A DNA stretch of 32,000 nt from Nitrosospira multiformis ATCC 25196 (GCF_000196355.1 NC_007614.1:60001-92000), one strand, 5' to 3'; shown: positions 8,319 to 18,513, numbered from the stretch's first letter. A program made the numbers and translations. The notes: generated by a model from the letters alone, not told the origin.

Positions 8319-8552
8319 CTAATCACCATTGCCAGCACCTTTCAAGATGCGACGTTCTTCAGCCCGCTCATCCAAATGAGCCAACAAGGCTATTCCGACA
8401 ACAAGTACGGGATGCTTTTTGATTATTTCCTCTGGTGATTCCCGTAGGCCAAGCTCGCCAGCTATGACCTGTGCTGCCTCCCAAAGCTGGTTGCTGGCAT
8501 ACTCAAGACCATCAGCCCGCAGCTTGTTGTAATCGATCTCAGGGCCGCTCAT
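8319..8552 (-). CDS. Hypothetical small element protein
   Basis: 77 aa ORF overlapping the AlpA-like gene stop by 4 nt; its 3' end is followed by the terminator. Confidence 0.55.
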   Translation of the reverse strand: MSGPEIDYNKLRADGLEYASNQLWEAAQVIAGELGLRESPEEIIKKHPVLVVGIALLAHLDERAEERRILKGAGNGD

Positions 8553-8803
8553 TGTGCTGTCCCTTGCAGCGAAGCCAGTACTTTTCTGAGTTTGCCAACG
8601 TTCCAGAATGTCATCCTGCCCAGCTTGGTGGGCTGCGGGAGAGTGCCGTCATTCACGCGCCGCCAGACCGTGGCATCGGAGCAGTTGAGAAGCCCCTTTA
8701 AAACTGGCTGGCGAACGTTGGCAGAATCGGGGAGTGAATCGAAGTGCTTGAGGGCATCAGGAATAACGTCTTCCTGCTTTACCCTTTTGCTCTGTTGAGG
8801 CAT
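8549..8803 (-). CDS. AlpA-like helix-turn-helix regulator
   Basis: 84 aa; VLKGLLNCSDATVWRRVNDGTLPQPTKLGRMTFWNVGKLRKVL matches the AlpA/excisionase-like winged HTH pattern. Confidence 0.75.
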   Translation of the reverse strand: MPQQSKRVKQEDVIPDALKHFDSLPDSANVRQPVLKGLLNCSDATVWRRVNDGTLPQPTKLGRMTFWNVGKLRKVLASLQGTAQ

Positions 8804-8851
8804 GGTAGGTTTCTCCTTGATATGTTCTGAATGAACAAGGAGAAATCTACC
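8804..8851. promoter_or_regulatory. 16-bp inverted repeat (15/16 match, 16-nt spacer) including the RBS of the AlpA-like gene
   Basis: GGTAGGTTTCTCCTTG (8804-8819) vs CAAGGAGAAATCTACC (8836-8851). Confidence 0.85.
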
Positions 8852-8915
8852 GGCTTGGGATAGAGCTTTGTCCGATCGGTTTAATTTAAAGCCGATTCGG
8901 TTTTGATACGAGGAC

Positions 8916-9539
8916 TTATGCGCCTTTGAAGGGAATTCTTGTTGCTGCTTCTCTCAGGTATGCGAGTACCGTTTCCTCACTGATTTTAATGCCAACTATT
9001 TCAAGATCCCGCTTGATCACCCCGGGTACGGCACTCTTCTTTGCTTCGGGATCGTACTTATACTTTTTTACTGCTATCCCAAGCACTATTTTTAACAAGC
9101 TCGTTCTCGCACTGTCTGGAAGATTATCTTGCTGGCCTGTATCGTTTACCGTAAATATTGACAAAAGCTTGCGTTCTTCCTCCGAAATGCATTCCACATA
9201 GCTTTTTATGAAATGAGGTAAATCAGCTTCCAGAACGGCAAGTCTTTCTTTCATCGATTCCCGTAATCCTTCCTCTTCAGTATGTTGAATTTTCCAAGCA
9301 GCAAACCCACATAATCCTAACTTCCACAGCACACTTGCAGCCCTGCGCTGCCTGGTGGTCATGTTTATGTGCTCGGGTTCAGAGGACAGGTTCAATTTCT
9401 TGCCAATCTTGCAGTCAATTTCGCTGATGGTCACTTTATTGGTGTTGTATAAATTTGGCGGTATAAAATCAGCCAGATCTCGTCGCGCCATTTCTCGCAC
9501 TTCCAACATATCCCAACTTTTCTTATCCCAGCTGCTCAT
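8916..9539 (-). CDS. Hypothetical element protein (207 aa)
   Basis: Complete ORF between int and the AlpA-like gene; no recognised motif. Confidence 0.6.
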   Translation of the reverse strand: MSSWDKKSWDMLEVREMARRDLADFIPPNLYNTNKVTISEIDCKIGKKLNLSSEPEHINMTTRQRRAASVLWKLGLCGFAAWKIQHTEEEGLRESMKERLAVLEADLPHFIKSYVECISEEERKLLSIFTVNDTGQQDNLPDSARTSLLKIVLGIAVKKYKYDPEAKKSAVPGVIKRDLEIVGIKISEETVLAYLREAATRIPFKGA

Positions 9540-9639
9540 TTCCCACTTCCTTCCAAGCGTATCCCTTCAAATTGGTTGCCACCCCAGGCGGTGAAGGTTT
9601 CCGTTTTTCTCCTGGCCTGGATAGGGGTGGCTTAACAGT

Positions 9640-10902
9640 TTATTGTTTTGTTGCTACGGCACGCCTGATCGGCACAACCTTATCAGCCTCGCCCCGCTCG
9701 ATCTGGAGCAACAGTCCCGCCCAGGCCTCCAGTGCCGCCTTGCGTTCTTCAAAGTAGTCGTGCCGGTTATAGATGCCCTCGATCCCCTTGATCTTGTGAT
9801 TCAGGCAACGCTCGGCAATGTGAGGGGCAACGCCCAGGGCTTCGAAATGCGTACGCGCAGTACGGCGTAGATCATGGATAGTGAAGGGTTCCAGGCCGTG
9901 CTTGATCTTTGCCAGAGCCACGCTCAGCGTGCTTTCCGCAATATGTGGAATCATCCGATCCTGCATCTTGCGAGCCGGCAACACCCACTTGCTAACACCC
10001 GCCAGGCGCTGCAACTCGCGCAGCCACTCTACTGCAATCGGAGGCAAGGGTATGTCAATGGCAGATTCGGTTTTCGTGCGTTCGGCAGGCAGATACCAGA
10101 CAGCTTTATCCAGGTCGAACTCAGACCACCTGGCGCCGATCAGCTCACCCTTTCGCACCGCAAGCAGTAATAGCAGTTTGATGCTCAAGCCGTTCTCCAC
10201 ACTGAAACCAGGTGCTTGCCGCATTGCTTCAAAGAGCGTGACCAGCTCCTCGCTGGTCAACCAGCGCGTCCGGCTTTTCTCCTTGCCGCCAGCGTCACCT
10301 GGATCAAATGCAGCCGCGGGATTGTATTCGATGATGTGGCGCTTGATAGCATAGTTGAACATGCGCTTAAGCCAGCGCAGTGTATCGTTCGCTATGGAAG
10401 GCGCACCCCGTTTCATTACAGCCTTGAGCACATCATCAATATGCCTGGGCTTTACATCCTCAACCTTCAAGCTGCCAATCGCGGGCTTGATGTCTTTCTC
10501 GATCCTGGATCGTACGATGTTTGGGTGCTTCCATCGCCCTGCAATCATCCTTTCAAAATATTCGTCGGCCAGCTGCGCCACGGTGTACGCATTCTTCTCC
10601 GCTTCTATCCTGGCAATGGCTTCGCCCTTGCGCTGCTGTTTTTCTCCGGCCACGTCGTAGCCCAAAGCAACGCGAGCGGACAGCTTCTTGGCTTCATCCC
10701 TGGCATCCGCCAGGGATAGCGTACCGTAACTGCCAATATTCATAACGCGGCGCTTGCCACAAAAACGGTATCTGAAACGCCAGATAGGAATGGCATAACC
10801 TTCACGAAAACTCAGATATAGGCCACCACCTACAGCACGGCCTTCAAACCGTTCGCCCGCCTTGATCCAGTTGCGGATCTCCATGTCTGTTAGCTTAGCC
10901 AT
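9640..10902 (-). CDS. P4-type tyrosine recombinase / integrase
   Basis: 420 aa; N-terminal DUF4102-like arm-binding region, catalytic signatures LLLAVRKGELIGARWSEFD (Arg), TIHDLRRTARTHFEALG (HxxR) and YNRHDYFEER (Tyr region). Confidence 0.93.
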   Translation of the reverse strand: MAKLTDMEIRNWIKAGERFEGRAVGGGLYLSFREGYAIPIWRFRYRFCGKRRVMNIGSYGTLSLADARDEAKKLSARVALGYDVAGEKQQRKGEAIARIEAEKNAYTVAQLADEYFERMIAGRWKHPNIVRSRIEKDIKPAIGSLKVEDVKPRHIDDVLKAVMKRGAPSIANDTLRWLKRMFNYAIKRHIIEYNPAAAFDPGDAGGKEKSRTRWLTSEELVTLFEAMRQAPGFSVENGLSIKLLLLLAVRKGELIGARWSEFDLDKAVWYLPAERTKTESAIDIPLPPIAVEWLRELQRLAGVSKWVLPARKMQDRMIPHIAESTLSVALAKIKHGLEPFTIHDLRRTARTHFEALGVAPHIAERCLNHKIKGIEGIYNRHDYFEERKAALEAWAGLLLQIERGEADKVVPIRRAVATKQ

Positions 10903-11016
10903 CTCTACTCACTGTTCAGGATTTAAGTTTTTTTAGGGGTACCCGGCATATCACGTAAACCCGCCTGTATCGGGCTTCTCGCTGGGTACACGTAAAAACC
11001 TGATAATTTCAGCGTA

Positions 11017-11035
11017 TGTACCCTTATATGTACCC
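11017..11035 (-). promoter_or_regulatory. Pair of TGTACCC motifs (11017-11023, 11029-11035), candidate integrase arm-type sites at right end
   Basis: Reverse complement of GGGTACA, 12-bp period, mirror of 699-720; further GGGTAC motifs at 10937 and 10984. Confidence 0.5.
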
Positions 11036-11154
11036 GGAAATATTGCGCTTTCCGGAAATGAATTGCAATGAACTGAAATGAAAAAAGCCGCATGAATAGC
11101 GGCTTTGAGGAAGTTATGAGGAAAATTTGAGACTGCCTGAGTCTCTGTGAAATA

Positions 11155-12048
11155 TCACTCAATGTTTTGCACCTGTTCCCGCATTTGCTCGATCAAAACC
11201 TTGAGTTCCACCGAAATTTTCGACACTTCCGCATCCACCGATTTCGCGCCGATGGTATTGGCTTCCCGGTTGAGTTCCTGCATCAAAAAATCCAGTCGCT
11301 TGCCGATCGCTCCGCCTTTCTCCAGAACGCGCTCCACTTCATCGAAGTGTGCCTGAAGGCGCGACAGTTCCTCATCCACATCGATCTTGCTGGCGAACAA
11401 TGTCAATTCCTGGCGGATGCGCTCGTCGTCGCAATTTATCATGGCTTCACGCAGTCTAGCCTTGAGCTTTTCCTGAAATGTCGCCAGCAAGGCAGGAATG
11501 GATGGACTGACTTCGGATGCGAGCCGGCGCATATTGCCCAGGCGGTCCAGCAAAATAGCTTTAAGTTTTGCACCTTCGCGCCCACGGGCAGCGGCCAGTT
11601 CGTCCACTGCCGCATGCATCAAGTCCATGCATGGCCCGAAAAAGTTCTCGGCGGAGGAGGATTCCGTCGCCAATATTCCGGGCCAACGAAGGACATCTGC
11701 CACCGCCAGGCCCCGAGCCTCGGGCAATACCGCCCTGACGGTACGGTCCAGTTCCAGCAGTTTTTGCAACAAATCCGCATTAATATGCTGCAAATCTTCC
11801 GCAGGTGTAATCCGGGAAAAACTGACGCGGCATTCGATTTTTCCACGCTTGAGGCGGGTGGTCAGAAATTCGCGCATTGCGGTTTCCAGCATGCGGAATT
11901 CGTCGGGAAGGCGAAACTGGATATCGAGATAACGGCTGTTGACCGAGCGAAGCTCGAGATTCAACGATCCTTGCGGGAGTTCCTTCGCGACTACGGCATA
12001 GCCGGTCATGCTGTAGATCTTGGCTAACTTGTCCACTCGATCATCCAC
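11155..12048 (-). CDS. yicC: YicC family protein
   Basis: Starts MTGYA (internal Met of the ORF), RSVNSRYLDIQFRLPDE, ending VLIEQMREQVQNIE. Confidence 0.93.
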   Translation of the reverse strand: MDDRVDKLAKIYSMTGYAVVAKELPQGSLNLELRSVNSRYLDIQFRLPDEFRMLETAMREFLTTRLKRGKIECRVSFSRITPAEDLQHINADLLQKLLELDRTVRAVLPEARGLAVADVLRWPGILATESSSAENFFGPCMDLMHAAVDELAAARGREGAKLKAILLDRLGNMRRLASEVSPSIPALLATFQEKLKARLREAMINCDDERIRQELTLFASKIDVDEELSRLQAHFDEVERVLEKGGAIGKRLDFLMQELNREANTIGAKSVDAEVSKISVELKVLIEQMREQVQNIE

Positions 12049-12219
12049 TCGAAGGTCCTTGATGCGTTAAAATTGTGGGCCCAGGCATTATCGCATATCG
12101 TTGCTGCATATAAAGGAAACGAGTTGGTGTTTCCGTGCAGTGGAAAAGCGGTATGCATCGTTCGTCTTATCCGGTGATATATCACCGATCAGTTAATAGT
12201 GAAGGATATAGTACAACTT

Positions 12220-12936
12220 ATGCGTCCCAGTAAACGCCGCCCGGATCAACTTCGCTCCGTTCAGATTACCCGGCATTACACCCGCCACGCGGAAGGTTCA
12301 GTGCTGATCGAATGTGGGGATACCCGCATAATCTGTACTGCGAGCGTGGATGAGAAAGTACCCCTTTTTCTACGGGGCAAGGGACAGGGTTGGCTCACGG
12401 CAGAATACGGGATGTTGCCGCGTTCCACTAATGAACGTATGCAGCGCGAAGCCGCCAAAGGCAAACAGTCCGGCAGGACGATGGAAATTCAGCGGCTGAT
12501 CGGGCGCGCTTTGCGTTCGGTAATGGATTTGACAAAGCTGGGCGAGCGAACCATTCAGGTGGATTGCGATGTGATCCAGGCTGATGGAGGTACTCGCACG
12601 GCGAGCATCACGGGTGCATTTGTAGCAGTGCATGATGCGATAGGAACGCTGCTGCGCAAGCAGGCGATAGAGGCCACGCCGATCACCGGGCACGTTGCCG
12701 CGGTTTCAGTGGGCGTCTACGAAGGCGTGCCGATGCTGGACCTCGATTATCTGGAAGATTCGCGCTGCGATACAGACATGAACATCGTCATGACGGACGA
12801 CCTTGGTCTGGTGGAAATGCAGGGGACGGCCGAAGGCATGCCTTTCAGCCGGAACGATTTGGATATGATGCTGGACCTGGCGCAACAGGGAATACGGGAA
12901 CTGATCGCAGCTCAGAAAAACGCATTGAACAGATAA
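12220..12936 (+). CDS. rph: Ribonuclease PH
   Basis: [60 protein letters not shown]; the track ORF begins at 12199 but the canonical start is 12220. Confidence 0.95.
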   Translation: MRPSKRRPDQLRSVQITRHYTRHAEGSVLIECGDTRIICTASVDEKVPLFLRGKGQGWLTAEYGMLPRSTNERMQREAAKGKQSGRTMEIQRLIGRALRSVMDLTKLGERTIQVDCDVIQADGGTRTASITGAFVAVHDAIGTLLRKQAIEATPITGHVAAVSVGVYEGVPMLDLDYLEDSRCDTDMNIVMTDDLGLVEMQGTAEGMPFSRNDLDMMLDLAQQGIRELIAAQKNALNR

Positions 12937-12944
12937 AGCCGGAT

Positions 12945-13538
12945 ATGCAAAAATTGGTCATTGCCAGCAATAATGCCGGCAAACTGCGAGAAATTCGCCT
13001 CTTGCTGGAACCTCTGGGAATCGAGGTGCTGCCCCAGTCGGCTTTCGATTTTCCCGAAGCTGAGGAACCTCATTGCACTTTCGTTGAGAATGCGCTTGCC
13101 AAGGCACGCCATGCCAGCAAAAATACCGGGTTGCCGGCACTCGCCGATGATTCCGGCATTTGTGTCAATATCCTTGGCGGAAAGCCCGGTATCTTATCTG
13201 CGCGTTATGCGGGAGAACCGAAATCGGATGAACGCAACAACCAGAGGCTGGTCGAGGCGCTGCAAAACCAGAGTGATCGCCGGGCGTACTATTACTGCGT
13301 CATAGCGCTGCTACGGCATCCCGAAGATCCGCGACCCATTATTGCCGACGGAAGCTGGCATGGAGAAATTTTGCTGAATCCCCGTGGGAATGGCGGCTTC
13401 GGTTACGATCCCTATTTTTTTCTGGCAAACCTCGACAAAACAGCCGCAGAACTGCCGATGGAGCAAAAAAACCGGATCAGCCACCGGGGAAAAGCACTCG
13501 CCCAACTCGTCGAGAGGATCAGGCAGGAACAACCCTGA
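12945..13538 (+). CDS. rdgB: XTP/dITP diphosphatase (RdgB/HAM1)
   Basis: LVIASNNAGKLREI, FVENALAKARHASKNTGLPALADDSGICV, GFGYDPYF. Confidence 0.95.
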   Translation: MQKLVIASNNAGKLREIRLLLEPLGIEVLPQSAFDFPEAEEPHCTFVENALAKARHASKNTGLPALADDSGICVNILGGKPGILSARYAGEPKSDERNNQRLVEALQNQSDRRAYYYCVIALLRHPEDPRPIIADGSWHGEILLNPRGNGGFGYDPYFFLANLDKTAAELPMEQKNRISHRGKALAQLVERIRQEQP

Positions 13539-13624
13539 TTTGACCGCTTGCTACCGCCTACTCAGCGTTCCGAGCAGAAGAGAAAGACAATTCCAATCAT
13601 TGCTGAAACAATGGTTCCTTTTGC

Positions 13625-14869
13625 TTGTCTCTTCAATTCATCATGACAGCAATTATTTCTCCCGCAGCGATTCTCGGTTCCCAGACCCTCCAGCTGAAGT
13701 CTCTGCCCCCGCTGAGCCTTTACATTCACATTCCCTGGTGCATGAAAAAATGCCCCTATTGCGATTTCAACTCGTATGAAGTTCGAGACCGGAGTGGCGG
13801 CATGCCGGAGGCCGAGTATGTAGCCGCCCTCATCCGCGACCTGGAAGCTTCACTGCCCCAGATATGGGGGCGCAAGGTCATCAGTATTTTTTTCGGGGGT
13901 GGAACGCCGAGCCTGTTCAGTCCTCATTCCATCGATGGAATTCTTGCTGCCGTCAGGGCCTTGCTGCCGCTTGAGCACTTGGCTGAAATAACGCTGGAGG
14001 CCAATCCCGGAACGTTCGAGGCACAAAGATTTGCGGATTTCCAGGCTGCCGGCATCAATCGCCTCTCCATCGGCATTCAGAGTTTCAACGCCCGTCACCT
14101 TGCATCACTGGGCCGCATACATGACGGCAAGGACGCTCGTCGTGCGATCGAAATCGCGCAAAAGAACTTCGACAACATCAATCTCGACCTGATGTATGGG
14201 CTGCCGAACCAGACGCTGGAAGAAGCGCGGGAGGATATCGAGACAGCGATTGCTCATGGCGTGCAGCATATTTCCGCCTATCATCTGGCGCTGGAACCCA
14301 ATACATTGTTTCATCGTTATCCACCCTCCCTGCCCGATGATGAGCTGACGGCGGACATGCAGGCAATGATCGAACAAACGCTCGCGCGGGAAGGTTATGC
14401 AAATTATGAAACATCGGCCTTTGCCCGACCTGGCCGGGAATCCCGTCACAACATGAACTACTGGCTGTTTGGAGATTATCTGGGGATCGGGGCCGGAGCG
14501 CACAGCAAAATAAGCTTTCGGGACAGGATAGTGCGCCAGATGCGGTACAGGCAGCCGAAGGAGTATCTGATCAAATCGGTCCCTGAAATGGCATCTGAGC
14601 CCCCTGTCATGGAGCAGCACGAAGTAGGACGGAATGATCGCGCGTTTGAATTCGTGATGAACGCACTACGCCTGACCGACGGGTTTGCACCGCAAATGTT
14701 CATTGAACGCACAGGACTGGCTCTCACTCACATCCAGCGCCAGCTCGACGAGGCGGAACGGCGGCAGTTGATAACGCGGGATTTTCAGCGTATTGCGCCT
14801 ACTTTCGCAGGCAGGCGTTTTTTGAACGATTTGCTGCAGATTTTCCTTCCCGGGCAAAGCCGCGTATAA
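13625..14869 (+). CDS. hemW: HemW, radical SAM heme chaperone (coproporphyrinogen oxidase-like); start uncertain (13643 possible)
   Basis: LYIHIPWCMKKCPYCDFNSY, FFGGGTPSLF, LEANPGTFE, RLSIGIQSF. Confidence 0.93.
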   Translation: MSLQFIMTAIISPAAILGSQTLQLKSLPPLSLYIHIPWCMKKCPYCDFNSYEVRDRSGGMPEAEYVAALIRDLEASLPQIWGRKVISIFFGGGTPSLFSPHSIDGILAAVRALLPLEHLAEITLEANPGTFEAQRFADFQAAGINRLSIGIQSFNARHLASLGRIHDGKDARRAIEIAQKNFDNINLDLMYGLPNQTLEEAREDIETAIAHGVQHISAYHLALEPNTLFHRYPPSLPDDELTADMQAMIEQTLAREGYANYETSAFARPGRESRHNMNYWLFGDYLGIGAGAHSKISFRDRIVRQMRYRQPKEYLIKSVPEMASEPPVMEQHEVGRNDRAFEFVMNALRLTDGFAPQMFIERTGLALTHIQRQLDEAERRQLITRDFQRIAPTFAGRRFLNDLLQIFLPGQSRV

Positions 14870-14875
14870 ACCTCT

Positions 14876-15565
14876 TCAGGCGCCCTGTTTTTTCCGGAAT
14901 ATCACATCCCAGACCTCGTGTCCGAGCCGCAGACCCCGCTGCTCGAACTTTGTGAGGGGACGATATTCCGGCCGTGGCGCATAACCAACTGCGGTATTGC
15001 TCAAGTGCGGCTCGCCGCTCAATACTTCCAGTATTTGCTCCGCATAATCCTCCCAGTCGGTCGCCACATGGATATAGCCGCCGGGTTTCAGGCGGCTGCA
15101 AAGCAGGTCAACGAATTCGGCTTGTATCAGCCGGCGCTTGTGATGGCGTGCCTTGGGCCACGGGTCGGGAAAGAAAACGTGCACCCCGTCGAGGCACTCA
15201 GGGGGCAAAGCGTGTTGCAGGACATCAACCGCATCGTGCTGGATGACGCGTATATTCGTAAGCTCGAGTTCTTCCACTTGCTTGAGCAGGCTGCCCATGC
15301 CGGGCGTATGGACTTCAGCGGCAAGATAATCGTTTTGCGGATGCGCTTGGGCGATCAGCGCCGTGGTTTCGCCCATGCCGAAGCCGATTTCCAGGAATTT
15401 GGGCGCACTTCTGCTGAAGATAATGGCCAGGTCAAGCAGTTTCCCGGAATAAGGGATGCCGTATTTCGGCATCAATGTTTCATGGGCACGCCGCTGCGCG
15501 TTTGAAAGGCGTCCCTGGCGAAGAACGAAGCTGCGGATGGGACGATGGGGAGAATGTTCAACCAT
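14876..15565 (-). CDS. trmB: tRNA (guanine-N7)-methyltransferase
   Basis: [48 protein letters not shown]. Confidence 0.95.
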   Translation of the reverse strand: MVEHSPHRPIRSFVLRQGRLSNAQRRAHETLMPKYGIPYSGKLLDLAIIFSRSAPKFLEIGFGMGETTALIAQAHPQNDYLAAEVHTPGMGSLLKQVEELELTNIRVIQHDAVDVLQHALPPECLDGVHVFFPDPWPKARHHKRRLIQAEFVDLLCSRLKPGGYIHVATDWEDYAEQILEVLSGEPHLSNTAVGYAPRPEYRPLTKFEQRGLRLGHEVWDVIFRKKQGA

Positions 15566-15616
15566 TTGATATGCCTGGAAAGGACAGGTGGGGGAATACG
15601 AAATCTTTCCCGGTCC

Positions 15617-16411
15617 TTATTTCCCCGACATGTTGCCGATAACTCCCTCCACCGGGGAGCTGGGACTTGCACTGTACAGCTTTTTCGGCATCCGGCCAGC
15701 GAGATACGCTTCGCGCCCCGCTTCAACCGCTTTTTTCATCGCTGATGCCATCAGCACCGGATTTTGCGCGGCAGCAATGGCCGTGTTCATGAGCACGCCG
15801 TCACACCCCAGTTCCATTGCAATCGCCGCATCCGATGCCGTACCCACACCAGCATCCACAATGACCGGGACTTTGGCATTTTCGATGATGATCTGCAGGT
15901 TCCATGGATTGAGGATACCCATGCCCGAACCGATCAGGGATGCCAGCGGCATGATCGCGACGCAGCCGATCTCTTCCAGCTGCCTGGCGGCAATAGGGTC
16001 ATCCGAGGTATAGACCATGACCTGGAAACCCTCCTTGATCAGAATCTCGGCTGCCTTGAGGGTTTCAACGATGTTGGGATAGAGTGTTTTCGGATCACCC
16101 AGGACCTCCAGCTTCACCAGGGTATGACCGTCCAGCAATTCGCGCGCAAGGCGCAAGGTTCTTACTGCATCCTCCACCGTATAGCATCCGGCTGTATTGG
16201 GTAACAGCGTATATTCCGATGGCGGCAGCACATCCAGCAGACTGGGCTCTTCCGGGTTCTGGCCGAGATTCGTTCTGCGGATAGCCACGGTAATGATTTC
16301 TGCGCCGCTGGCGTCCACGGCGGTGCGGGTCTCGTCAAAATCCCTATATTTTCCGGTACCCACCAGGAGGCGTGAGGAATAAGCTTTACCTGCGATGACA
16401 AGTTTGTCCAT
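15617..16411 (-). CDS. thiG: Thiazole synthase
   Basis: [63 protein letters not shown]. Confidence 0.95.
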   Translation of the reverse strand: MDKLVIAGKAYSSRLLVGTGKYRDFDETRTAVDASGAEIITVAIRRTNLGQNPEEPSLLDVLPPSEYTLLPNTAGCYTVEDAVRTLRLARELLDGHTLVKLEVLGDPKTLYPNIVETLKAAEILIKEGFQVMVYTSDDPIAARQLEEIGCVAIMPLASLIGSGMGILNPWNLQIIIENAKVPVIVDAGVGTASDAAIAMELGCDGVLMNTAIAAAQNPVLMASAMKKAVEAGREAYLAGRMPKKLYSASPSSPVEGVIGNMSGK

Positions 16412-16414
16412 GGG

Positions 16415-16657
16415 CTACCCTCCACCTACGGCAACGACAATTTCAAGCTTGTCGCCGCTTGCAAGCATCGGCTGATCGAACTGGCTGCGCGGTACGATTT
16501 CACCGTTGCGCTCGACCGCGATCCGCTTGCCCTGCAACCCCATGTGCTCCAGTAATTGCCTGATATTTAACCTTGCGTCATTCGTTGTCCCTGAATCGGT
16601 TCCCGAATCTGGAGAAGGGACAAGTTGGGATTGGCCATTGACTATAAGTTGTATCAT
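16415..16657 (-). CDS. thiS: Sulfur carrier protein ThiS
   Basis: 80 aa from MIQLIVNG to GDKLEIVVAVGGG; C-terminal GG; adjacent to thiG. The longer ORF to 16942 is an overcall. Confidence 0.88.
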   Translation of the reverse strand: MIQLIVNGQSQLVPSPDSGTDSGTTNDARLNIRQLLEHMGLQGKRIAVERNGEIVPRSQFDQPMLASGDKLEIVVAVGGG

Positions 16658-17079
16658 TTTCCAAAGAGTCGCTTGGCAAAAATGCCGTCTCAGCTTTTGA
16701 CAATATGCGTATTTTATAATTTGAATTATACGGTCCAGCCACCTCCTAGTCGACTCCTGCGCAACCCGATGTTTCATCAGCTGTGCAAGAACTGGTCGGA
16801 AGAATGGGAAGGCCCGAGGAGATTGCTGCGACGGTTGTGCGGTTGTGCCCGGATGTATAGCGACGGTCAAAGCCAGAAATCCTGGGGCGAAGCTGCAAGG
16901 CACTGTTGTGCCCCTGAGGATGCTGACCGCTGTCGGACACAATCATAAGTAAAAAATTATGATAACAATCAAAACCTGTGACTTTTATTTATAGTAATAC
17001 TGGGTACAATGTTCCTATGGATGGCCGCCTCAGGATGGAGCGGCTTTCACTTCACCCATTTCATTGGAGCCTGCCTATC

Positions 17080-17475
17080 ATGGAAAAAGAAATAAGGAAG
17101 TTTTTAACATCCCTATCCATGCTGGGTCTGCTTGCCTCCTGCGCCGAGACCAGTACGCTTGAAGCAAGGAATGATAATGCGAGCATGGCCGGGCAAATTA
17201 TCAGAACTTCCATCGACCACGACGAGCTTGCCAGGCGGTATGAAAGCCGGGCCAGGAAACTGTTGGAAATAGCAGCGGAACACGAGAAACGGCTCCAGTA
17301 TCACGAGGACAAAAGCCCTTCCTACGGGAGGCACGGGCAGGATTTCCAGTCTCACGCCATTCTAGTGCAAAAATACAAACGGGCGGCAGAGAAAGCCACC
17401 CAAGCTGCCTTTCACCATAGGATGGCATCGCAACCGGCAAAACGCGATTATATTGCTTCGATAGCGTTACATTGA
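17080..17475 (+). CDS. Small putative secreted/lipoprotein-like protein
   Basis: MEKEIRKFLTSLSMLGLLASCAET looks like a signal peptide with a possible lipobox (LLASC). Confidence 0.55.
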   Translation: MEKEIRKFLTSLSMLGLLASCAETSTLEARNDNASMAGQIIRTSIDHDELARRYESRARKLLEIAAEHEKRLQYHEDKSPSYGRHGQDFQSHAILVQKYKRAAEKATQAAFHHRMASQPAKRDYIASIALH

Positions 17476-17707
17476 GCTGGATTGCCCCAGGAGCTCGGCA
17501 GTGAATCCCCGCCGACTGGAGTATTGCCGGATCTCGAGCCCCTAAAGCTAGGCGTGGAGGGGGTGCAAGGCCCCATGATCGCCTCCGCGGAATTGATGGG
17601 ATTGTATCAGAAGCAGTAAGGGCCCAAATGGCGGATTGACGGCAGTCCTTTCGCTCTACGGCCCACCCCCGCGTCTCTTTTGCTACCAGCCCCAATGCAT
17701 CCGCAGG

Positions 17708-18220
17708 CTATTCGTTCCACCCTCCCCAAAACAAGGAGGGAGGGGATTGATCGAGCCAGGAAACAGGATAGTGCGAGAGTCCCGGGTAGAGACGACTCCA
17801 AACAGCTGCCACGACAGCCAGGCTAAATACCCCAATGAAAACCGGCTCCCAAAGCCCAGTCAGACTGGAGTGAGCGTGAATCATGATCATCGGATTGGCC
17901 CCGGCTGGAGGGTGTACTGTCCTGGTGAGGAGCATATACCACAAGGCCAATACCTGAGCGAGGGCATAGACCCATAGCGAATCGCCGCAGAGCTGATAGC
18001 AGACAATACCAATGAGAGCGCCCCCAAGGTGACCGCCAAAGAGTGCCCGGGGCTGTGCTGCCGGCGCGCGGGTAAGGCCAAATAAAAATACGGCAGAACC
18101 GCCTAGCGAAGCAAGAAAGAACGGCGAGGCAGGCGGCGAGGCAAGGAACAAGGCCACTGCGACACCCGCTGCAGCGCCAAGCCCGCACCACAATAGACGA
18201 GCTATAGCTGAACGTTGCAC
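17708..18220 (-). CDS. HPP family membrane protein
   Basis: ASLGGSAVFLFGLTRAPAAQPRALFGGHLGGALIGI and HPPAGANPMIM motif. Confidence 0.88.
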   Translation of the reverse strand: MQRSAIARLLWCGLGAAAGVAVALFLASPPASPFFLASLGGSAVFLFGLTRAPAAQPRALFGGHLGGALIGIVCYQLCGDSLWVYALAQVLALWYMLLTRTVHPPAGANPMIMIHAHSSLTGLWEPVFIGVFSLAVVAAVWSRLYPGLSHYPVSWLDQSPPSLFWGGWNE

Positions 18221-18513
18221 TGTTTATGTCCGCTCAAAAGCAAATTCCCCCAATCCTCCTGAGGATTATCCTAATATAAAAGATCAGGGAAATTAAGAAA
18301 ACTGATCGGCTTGTTCGGCCCAGATACTCGGGCTCCTGAGAACCTATCCTCTATTTTCGGGAAAAATGGCTGTCCTGATCCTTTGGTCAACACGTGTACT
18401 GCTTTTCCAGCGGTTGGCCCTGATGGTCCGTTTGTCACCGTACGGACTTTTCATAGTAACAGGATCATGATTTCGCTTGCTTTTTGCTTATCCACTTTAA
18501 AGGAGGCTCCGCG

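Noticed and set aside
11155-12027. Plus-strand 286-aa ORF over yicC (start 11167)
   Set aside because: Antisense to yicC, which is unambiguous.
16658-16942. N-terminal extension of the thiS ORF
   Set aside because: ThiS aligns from MIQLIVNG; the upstream part lacks any family resemblance.
17636-17977. 113-aa plus-strand ORF
   Set aside because: Overlaps antisense to the HPP family gene; no motif.
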